From contig OZ242374.1 of the NCBI GenBank assembly GCA_965209055.1, positions 2,848,001 through 2,912,000 of the forward strand: a stretch of 64,000 nt of DNA. The letters run 5' to 3'. The notes beneath the pieces were generated by a model. That model did no database searches, had not been told where the DNA came from, and saw only the letters and a list, made by a program, of their open reading frames with translations. Position numbers and translations under genes: made by a program. Below are positions 57,255 through 64,000 of the stretch, in pieces; the first letter of the stretch is position 1, and each line of letters opens with the position of its first letter. This stretch comes from Acidobacteriota bacterium. GTDB taxonomy: Bacteria > Acidobacteriota > UBA6911 > RPQK01 > JAJDTT01.

Positions 57255-57688
57255 AGTTGTCCACCATCGGATTCACAAGAAAACCCGCCAAGCGTTTCTT
57301 TCACCTGTTGCGCAAGTCGGGTGCCCGGCGGATCGTAGACGTGCGGATCCACAATACCTCCCAACTCGCCGGCTTCGCCAAGAAAAACGACCTGGCCTAC
57401 TTCCTCGGCGAGATTTGCGGGATGGACTAAGTCCATCTGCCCAGCCTCGCCCCCACCAGGGAGCTGTTGGGTGCGTATCGAAAAAAGACCATTCGCTGGG
57501 GCACGTTTGAGAGGCGTTTCATCGCACTGATGCGCCAGCGGCGAATCGAAGCGACGACGCCGAAGGACGTGCTGAGCGACGGTTGCCTCCTGTGCAGCGA
57601 GGACCGACCGCACCATTGCCATCGCCGGCTGGTGGCGGAGTACCTGAACCAACATTGGGGCGGAATCCAGATCGCCCACTTGCGATAG
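57251..57688 (+). pseudogene. DUF488 family protein (short form), interrupted by in-frame TAA at 57428-57430
   Basis: MKLSTIGFTRK..DVRIHNTSQLAGFAKKNDLAYFLGEICGMD*VHLPSLAPT...LLCSEDRPHHCHRRLVAEYL; same frame on both sides of the stop; ATGA overlap with upstream DUF488. Confidence 0.88.
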
Positions 57689-57716
57689 CCGGAGGGCGAG
57701 GAATTTCTTCCCCTTC

Positions 57717-58631
57717 TCACGCCGGCTTCGGGCCGGCGGCGCTCCTTCTCAGGTGAAGGCACCAGGTGATGGGGGCCAGAGGCGGAAGATCGGTTCGTCC
57801 TTCCAGATACTTGCGGTGGTGATCCGCCGGCGAGTCGTTGCCGACGATCTCCCAAAGGTCGCGCGGGTTCAGGACGGCGCCCACGCGGGCCGGGTCGAAG
57901 CGCGAAATCATGGGTTCGCCCCGTTTCTCCACGAACGCCATCAGCCGGGAAAAGAGATCGCGGTCTTCCGGCGGCACGCACTCGGCCGCGATCAAATAAT
58001 CGAAGACGATTTCCGACCCCGAACTTGCGATCTCCGCCAACCGATCCAGATTCTCGAGAATGGAGGCCCGGGTGAGGTAGTAGGTGACTCCCATCCAGTT
58101 GAAGAAGGAGCGTGCGCCGAGATCGAAGCCGGCGGCAGTCAGCGCGCTTCGGAGGTCGCCTCTCTCGAAGTCGAAGGGGACCAGACGCAAACGAGCGGGG
58201 ATCTCCAGGTTCGCGGCGGCCAGCCGTTCCACCTTCAGGCGAATCATCTCCGCCCGGTCGACTTCGAATACGGTCAGATCCAGGTCCGGCCGGCGGAAGG
58301 CGAAGGAATCGAAGCCGGAGCCCAGGATCACGTACTGGGTCGCGCCGTTTTCGGCCGCCGTCTCGAGCGTTTCTTCGGCGAACCGGGCGCGGGTCAACTG
58401 CTGGATGCTGATGGGCACCAGTTTGTTCATGACGATCTTCGCCAGCACCCAGTCGAGGAGACGCGACGCGACGATTCGTCGCCACCGGTTTCCCAACAGG
58501 TGGATGGCGAACGGATCTTCGAAGATATGGGGTTTCCGGTGCCGAAGCAGGTGCCGGGCGCGGCTCACCGCCGCGAGTTCGGCGGTGCGGCTGGCGCCGG
58601 TGCGGTCATGTTCGTCGGTTGGTGCGGCCAC
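57717..58631 (-). CDS. SAM-dependent methyltransferase, LCM / Rv0726c-like family
   Basis: SRTA..AAVSRA, FEDPFA, RARFAE, QYVILGSGFDS, VFEVD, WMGVTYYL. Confidence 0.92.
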   Translation of the reverse strand: MAAPTDEHDRTGASRTAELAAVSRARHLLRHRKPHIFEDPFAIHLLGNRWRRIVASRLLDWVLAKIVMNKLVPISIQQLTRARFAEETLETAAENGATQYVILGSGFDSFAFRRPDLDLTVFEVDRAEMIRLKVERLAAANLEIPARLRLVPFDFERGDLRSALTAAGFDLGARSFFNWMGVTYYLTRASILENLDRLAEIASSGSEIVFDYLIAAECVPPEDRDLFSRLMAFVEKRGEPMISRFDPARVGAVLNPRDLWEIVGNDSPADHHRKYLEGRTDLPPLAPITWCLHLRRSAAGPKPA

Positions 58632-58873
58632 GGCTTCCTTTCGTCCGGCTCGGCCTGGATCGGTGCAGCGCCATTGTATCCTGGTTGAGCTGGACCGGCA
58701 CATCGTTGGGCTTGGCAGAATGCGGGAATCTCACGGCGTGAAGCGGCGTCGAAGGACGGGTTACAACCAGCCGTCGTTGCAGTAGACTTCTAAACCACAG
58801 TCCGCTGGCTGCGGAGCCGGACCGTCCGAACATGACGCCGGGGGTCCCCGGATTCCGGGAAGGCAAGGGAATT

Positions 58874-61800
58874 ATGCCGTTCTTTCGACGTTTCGCGTGG
58901 GTGTCTTTGCTGGTCCTCTGGAGTTCTGCGGCGGCGACCCCCGCCGCCGGGACCGGCGGCGATCTGTTCCGGGAGCTGGCGGACGAATACCGGGACCGTA
59001 TCCGGCCTCTGACGCAACAGTACTGCCAGTCGTGCCACTCCACCGAGAAGCAGGTGGGCGAGCTGGACCTGGAGCAGTTCGCGACCCTGGCCGACGTGAG
59101 GGGCGGCACCAAATCCTGGCTCAAAGTCATCGAGATGCTGGACAACGGCGAGATGCCCCCCGGGTTCGCCAAGCAGCCGGCGCCCGGACAGAAGCAGCAT
59201 CTCAGGGACTGGGTGGACCGTTACCTCCAGGCCGAGTCATTGGCCAACGCCGGTGATCCGGGTCCCGTCGTCCTGCGGCGGCTCAACAACGCCGAGTACA
59301 CCTACACCGTCCGCGACCTGACCGGCATCGATCTGGACCCGGCCCGGGAGTTCCCCACCGACAGCGCGGCCGGCGAGGGGTTCACCAACACCGGGAATGC
59401 GCTGGTCATGTCGCCGGCGCTCCTGGGCAAGTACCTGGACGCCGGCAAAGGGATCGCCAGTCACGCGGTGCTGGTGCCGGACGGGTTCCGTTTCTCGCCC
59501 CATAGCACACGGCGCGACTGGACCGACGAGGTGCTGGGCCGGATCCGCGGTCTCTACGGAGAGTACGTGGAGACGGCCGACTTCGGAGTCGGTTCGGCCG
59601 TCGGCAACCTCGCCGTCCACAGCGACACCCGCATCGGATCGGCCGGCCGGTTGCCTCTGGAGAAATACCTGTCCGCCACTCTCTCGGAACGGGACGCCCT
59701 GCGAAGCGGCCGGAAGAGCGTCCGGACCGTAGCCCGCGAACGTGGTCTGAGCGCCAAGTATCTGGATCTGCTTTGGACTCATCTCGCGGACCCTAAGACC
59801 ACTCTCCTGCTGGACCATCTCCGGGCGGCTTGGCAGACTGCCGGGTTGGAGGACGTCCCGTCGCTGGCGAGCCGGATCAGGGATTGGCAGCGCGGCCTCT
59901 GGACCTTCGGCCCCGTGGGTCTCATCGGACGGAAAGGGGGCCCCTCCCGCTGGATGGAGCCGGTCGATCCTCTGGTCACTCAAAAACGGGTCTGTTTTTC
60001 GGTGCCGCAATTCGCCGACGGCCGCAAGCCCGAGGACCTGGTCTTTTCGCTGGTGGTGGGGGATGCCGGTGACGGGAACGATCACGATTACGTGGTTTGG
60101 CAACGGCCGCGCCTGGCGGCGCACGGGCGGCCCGACATTCTGCTGCGGGACGTGAAAAGGCTGGCCACGTCCTTGGATGGAGGGGCCGCGGACGACACCT
60201 CCGAATGGGGGCTGGACCCGGGACTCTTCGGCAGGCATCCGGACGGGCGGGCCGTCGACGCCGACTCGCTCTGTGTCCAGGCGCCCTCGGTGATTCGGAT
60301 CCGCATTCCGGGCCGTCTCGCTGCCGGCTACGACTTCGTCACCACCGCCGTGCTGGAGGAGCAGACCGGACAAAAGGGCAGCGTTCAGGTCGACCTGGCG
60401 CCCGGCGCCGCGGCGGCAGATACCCGTCTCCTTCCCAGCCAGGTCATGGTCACCTTCTCGAGGGTCACGCAGGTCTTCTCGGAGAGCCGGGCCGTCTCCT
60501 TCATGAGGCCCATCCTCATCGCTTCCGAGAGTCCCATACGGGCCAGCATGGAAGCGGCGTTCGACGAACACCGGAAACTGTTTCCGGCCACCCTCTGCTA
60601 CAACCAGATCGTACCCGTGGACGAGGTTCTCACCATCAACCTCTTCTACCGGGAGGACGACCACCTGGCACGGCTCATGCTGGAACCGGAGGAGGAAGCG
60701 CGGCTCGACCGGCTCTGGGACGAGCTGCACTACGTCAGCCACAGCGCGTTCCAGCGGGTGTTGGCCCTGGACCTGCTGGTGGAGGCGTTCCAGGGGAACG
60801 GGCTGGAGGACCGGTCTCAGTACGAGGCCGTGCTTCCGCTGCTCCGTCTCTACGACCGGGATGCCGCCGACTTCCGGAAGCGTCTCCTCCGGGACGAGCC
60901 GGTCCAGCTCGACGCCCTGGTCGATTTTGCCCCCCGGGTCTACCGGCGTCCCCTGAGCGGCGATGAGAAGGACCGGTTGCGCGGCCTCTATCGCCGGCTT
61001 CGCCACGAAGAGATGGACCACGAGGAGGCGTTCCGGTTGACGCTGGCCCGCATGCTGGTCTCGGCGCCCTTCCTGTACCGGTTGGAAGAGGCGCCCGCCG
61101 GTCCCGGCGGTCCGGTCTCCGATTGGGAGTTGGCCAACCGGCTGAGCTATTTCCTCTGGTCGTCGCTTCCGGATGGGGAACTCCGATCTCTGGCTGCCGC
61201 CGGGCGCCTGCAAGACCCCGAGGTCCTGTCCCAACAGGCCCGGCGCCTGCTCAAAAACCCGCGAGTGCGGCGCCTGGCCACCGAGTTCGCCTGCCAGTGG
61301 CTGCACATCCACGAATTCGACACCCTGGACGAGAAGAGCGAGAAACACTTTCCCGAGTTCGGCGATCTGAGGACGGACATGTACGAGGAGTCGATCCGCT
61401 TCTTCACCGACCTGTTTCGGCGCGACGCCTCGCTGCTGACTCTGCTGGATTCGGATCACACCTTCCTGAACCAGCGGCTGGCGCGCTTCTACGGAGTCGA
61501 GGGCGTGGAGGGGGAGAACTGGCGCCGGGTGGAAGGGGTCCGTTCGCAGGGCCGCGGCGGAATCCTGGGCTTCGCCACGACCCTGGCCCGGCAGTCCGGC
61601 GCCTCGCGGACCAGTCCGATTCTGCGGGGCAACTGGGTCAGCGAGGTCCTCTTGGGGGAGAAGCTTCCCCGGCCGCCCCAAGACGTGCCCCAGTTGCCCC
61701 CCGATGAGATCGCCACCGACGGTCTGACCGTGCGGGAGCTCGTGGCGCGGCACAGCAGCGACCCCCAGTGTTCCGGCTGTCACCTGAAGATCGATCCCTT

Positions 61801-62179
61801 CGGATTCGCCCTGGAGGGGTATGACGCCATCGGGCGCCGCCGCCAGCACGATCTGGGAGGGCGCGTCATCGATACTCGGACCACCCTGCCGGACGGGACC
61901 GAGATCGACGGCTTGTCCGGACTCAGGGACTACCTGGTCCGGAAACGGCGGGACGCCATTTTCGGCCAGTTCTACCGCAAGCTTCTGGGTTACGCCGTGG
62001 GCCGCGAGGTCCAACTCTCGGATCAGCCTCTCCTGAACGAAATACGGGACCGCATGGCGGAGAACGATTACCGTTTCTCGGTCGCCGTCGACATGATCGT
62101 CCGGAGCCGGCAGTTCCGGGAGATCCGGGGCCGGGAGCTGCAACTGGCCCGGTCGGCGGGAGCGGAAAACGTGGAGTGA
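58874..62179 (+). CDS. Planctomycete-type cytochrome c / DUF1587-1595-1592-1588-1585 protein
   Basis: Signal peptide; CQSCH and CSGCH heme motifs; LRRLNNAEYTYTVRDL, ELANRLSYFLWSSLPD, RTSPILRGNWV, KLLGYAVGR. Confidence 0.92.
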   Translation: MPFFRRFAWVSLLVLWSSAAATPAAGTGGDLFRELADEYRDRIRPLTQQYCQSCHSTEKQVGELDLEQFATLADVRGGTKSWLKVIEMLDNGEMPPGFAKQPAPGQKQHLRDWVDRYLQAESLANAGDPGPVVLRRLNNAEYTYTVRDLTGIDLDPAREFPTDSAAGEGFTNTGNALVMSPALLGKYLDAGKGIASHAVLVPDGFRFSPHSTRRDWTDEVLGRIRGLYGEYVETADFGVGSAVGNLAVHSDTRIGSAGRLPLEKYLSATLSERDALRSGRKSVRTVARERGLSAKYLDLLWTHLADPKTTLLLDHLRAAWQTAGLEDVPSLASRIRDWQRGLWTFGPVGLIGRKGGPSRWMEPVDPLVTQKRVCFSVPQFADGRKPEDLVFSLVVGDAGDGNDHDYVVWQRPRLAAHGRPDILLRDVKRLATSLDGGAADDTSEWGLDPGLFGRHPDGRAVDADSLCVQAPSVIRIRIPGRLAAGYDFVTTAVLEEQTGQKGSVQVDLAPGAAAADTRLLPSQVMVTFSRVTQVFSESRAVSFMRPILIASESPIRASMEAAFDEHRKLFPATLCYNQIVPVDEVLTINLFYREDDHLARLMLEPEEEARLDRLWDELHYVSHSAFQRVLALDLLVEAFQGNGLEDRSQYEAVLPLLRLYDRDAADFRKRLLRDEPVQLDALVDFAPRVYRRPLSGDEKDRLRGLYRRLRHEEMDHEEAFRLTLARMLVSAPFLYRLEEAPAGPGGPVSDWELANRLSYFLWSSLPDGELRSLAAAGRLQDPEVLSQQARRLLKNPRVRRLATEFACQWLHIHEFDTLDEKSEKHFPEFGDLRTDMYEESIRFFTDLFRRDASLLTLLDSDHTFLNQRLARFYGVEGVEGENWRRVEGVRSQGRGGILGFATTLARQSGASRTSPILRGNWVSEVLLGEKLPRPPQDVPQLPPDEIATDGLTVRELVARHSSDPQCSGCHLKIDPFGFALEGYDAIGRRRQHDLGGRVIDTRTTLPDGTEIDGLSGLRDYLVRKRRDAIFGQFYRKLLGYAVGREVQLSDQPLLNEIRDRMAENDYRFSVAVDMIVRSRQFREIRGRELQLARSAGAENVE

Positions 62180-62321
62180 GGGGGACTTGGAGCACCGGCC
62201 GGAAGGTGAACTCCGCTCGGCGGAATGAGCCGCAGGTCGAATTTCGTGGCGGCGATATTTCGCGGGTTCCTGTGCTAAAATCGCGGCCAAGACCCTTGGA
62301 CCTGGACCAGCGAGGCGCATC

Positions 62322-63626
62322 ATGAAGATTCAGCAACATTCTCGTCGGACTTTCCTGCGTGGGGTCGGCGTCACCATGGCGTTGCCCTGGATGGAGTCGC
62401 TGCCCGTTTGGGGCGCCGCAACCAAGGCGGCCGTCAACGGCGGTAACCAGGCGCCGCTGCGCTTCGCCGTCCTGTTCTCCGGCAACGGATTTCACACCAA
62501 GCATTGGTGGGCCGAGGGAGAAGGATCCGAAATGCGGCTGGGCCGGGTGCTGGAGCCGCTGAACGATTTCCGCGAGAAGCTGACCTTCGTCCGGGGCCTC
62601 TACAACGAAGAAGCCCTCAAGGGGAACATCCACAGTTCCCAGACCGGCAACCTCCTTTCGGGAGCGCCATTGGAGTCGGGAGGGGGAATCCGCTCCGGGA
62701 CCAGCGTGGATCAGGTCATCGCCCAGCGCTATGGACGGTCGACGAAGGTATCGAGCCTGGTCCTGGGTTGCGAGCGGTCCAATCCGGGAATCCACAAGAA
62801 CTACTCCATGCTCTACAGCTCCCATATCTCCTGGAGCTCGCCCACGGCGCCCACGCCTCTGGAACTCTATCCGGCCCTGGCCTTCGACCGCTTGTTCAAG
62901 GACGAAGTCGAGCGCGGAGACCGGAGCGTGCTGGATGCCGTTCTGGAAGAGGCCCACTCCTTCCGGCGGTCCATCAGTTCGCGGGACCAGTACAAGTTGG
63001 ACGAGTACCTCAATTCGGTGCGGGAGGTGGAGCAGCGCATCGAGCGGTCCGGCAACAAGGGCGAGTTGCAGGGTTGGCGGCCGACCCTGGACAAGCCCAA
63101 CGTGCCGCGTCCTCCCGACGGTATTCCTCAGGATCTGGAAGAGCACATGCGGCTCATGTGCGACATCGTGGTACTGGGATTCCAGACCGACGCCACCCGC
63201 GTCTGCACCCTCAAGCTCAACAACGACCACAGCTACCTCTTGTTTCGCCACCTTGGCGTCGACGTGGGCCACCACGAGCTGTCTCACCGCAACAACGAAA
63301 AATGGCTGCGGGTGAATCAATTCTTCCTGGAGCAGTACGGCTACATCGCCCGGAAGCTGGACCAGATCCAGGAGGGAGAGCGGACGGCGCTGGACAACTC
63401 GGTGCTCATGTACTGCTCCAGCATGCTCACGGGCCGGCACGACGCCACTCAGTTGCCGGTGGTGCTCCTGGGCGGAGGTGGCGGCCAGATTCAGGGGGGA
63501 CGGATCCTGGACTACCGGGAGCGGCCCAACCGGAAGATGTGCAGCCTCTACTTGTCGTTGCTCGACAAGTTCGACGTCCACCTGGAGCACTTCGGCGACT
63601 CGGACCAGCGTCTGACGGAGATCTGA
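62322..63626 (+). CDS. DUF1552 (HXXSHH) protein with Tat signal
   Basis: SRRTFLRG, ALPWMESL, SVDQV, FQTDATRV, HHELSH, LDNS. Confidence 0.93.
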   Translation: MKIQQHSRRTFLRGVGVTMALPWMESLPVWGAATKAAVNGGNQAPLRFAVLFSGNGFHTKHWWAEGEGSEMRLGRVLEPLNDFREKLTFVRGLYNEEALKGNIHSSQTGNLLSGAPLESGGGIRSGTSVDQVIAQRYGRSTKVSSLVLGCERSNPGIHKNYSMLYSSHISWSSPTAPTPLELYPALAFDRLFKDEVERGDRSVLDAVLEEAHSFRRSISSRDQYKLDEYLNSVREVEQRIERSGNKGELQGWRPTLDKPNVPRPPDGIPQDLEEHMRLMCDIVVLGFQTDATRVCTLKLNNDHSYLLFRHLGVDVGHHELSHRNNEKWLRVNQFFLEQYGYIARKLDQIQEGERTALDNSVLMYCSSMLTGRHDATQLPVVLLGGGGGQIQGGRILDYRERPNRKMCSLYLSLLDKFDVHLEHFGDSDQRLTEI

Positions 63627-63628
63627 TC

Positions 63629-63799
63629 CGTCGGGTTCTCTACGGTCGGATTCCAGCCTTCGAAAAGAAGTCGGAAGCCCGTCTGGATCTGATCGACAAT
63701 CGACTGGGCGCAGTGGAGCAAGGACTGGCAAATCTCGAAGGCCTGCTGGAAGTGATACGCGATGCCGTGTTCGAGAGACGCCGCACCGCGAAGTCGTAA
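63629..63799 (+). pseudogene. Start-less fragment of a small coiled-coil protein
   Basis: FEKKSEARLDLIDNRLGAVEQGLANLEGLLEVIRDAVFERRRTAKS* shows heptad periodicity; no own start codon or RBS after the DUF1552 stop. Confidence 0.4.
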
Positions 63800-64000
63800 C
63801 CATCCCGGGTGACTTCGGTCGACGATCGATCCATCACCGGGTGGATGTCCGGAAGTCCCAGGGAAACCCGCAAAGGGACCTCTCTTCCGGGTCCCACTCC
63901 TCTCAGACCGCCGCTTTCAGGATCTCGGCGATTCGCCGGCCCACGATCTTCGCCTCTCTCGGCTGCAGGGTCCACACCAGGATTTCCAGTTCCTCTTTCT

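Noticed and set aside
57428-57430. Programmed stop read-through or recoding in DUF488
   Set aside because: The codon is TAA, TAA terminates other genes in this window, and the position corresponds to a probable Tyr.
53952-57716. Intact prophage or integrative element
   Set aside because: No integrase, structural genes, tRNA target or flanking direct repeats could be seen.
814-63803. Many long antisense or alternate-frame ORFs (e.g. 3510-5846, 25694-27787, 59237-62323, 61923-63803)
   Set aside because: Shadow ORFs expected in high-GC DNA; they overlap motif-supported genes and lack recognisable motifs.
63801-63847. Imperfect hairpin CATCCCGGGTGA...TCACCGGGTGGATG as ncRNA or terminator
   Set aside because: Single occurrence, no U-tract and no family resemblance.

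Overview
High-GC bacterial genomic window, most likely Acidobacteriota (inferred from Oar-like TonB-dependent receptors, GWxTD, CRTAC1/ASPIC-UnbV and DUF1592/DUF1552 genes; possibly a marine or host-associated lineage). It holds about 48 protein-coding genes, mostly accessory catabolic and envelope functions. No rRNA, tRNA, CRISPR array, integrase or transposase was recognised. The main candidate new system is a lower-GC island at about 53980-57690. It has a phage-immunity-like switch (leaderless HTH repressor, palindromic operators, divergent small ORF), then a Schlafen/AlbA_2-HATPase gene, a dual-OB protein and two DUF488 genes, the second broken by one TAA. Other points of note: (i) a duplicated module of a Tat-exported unknown protein plus TonB-dependent receptor, with one partner lipidated and one not; (ii) a P450 + Stf3-like sulfotransferase pair resembling mycobacterial cyp128-stf3; (iii) four tandem paralogue pairs, one keeping junction scars whose synonymous-biased divergence points to origin from a diverged functional copy; (iv) a decayed BrnT/BrnA toxin-antitoxin pair; (v) a REP/REPIN-like palindrome family; (vi) a lipoprotein with a split FN3-like domain. 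All family assignments come from motif recognition by eye, and start codons are estimates.
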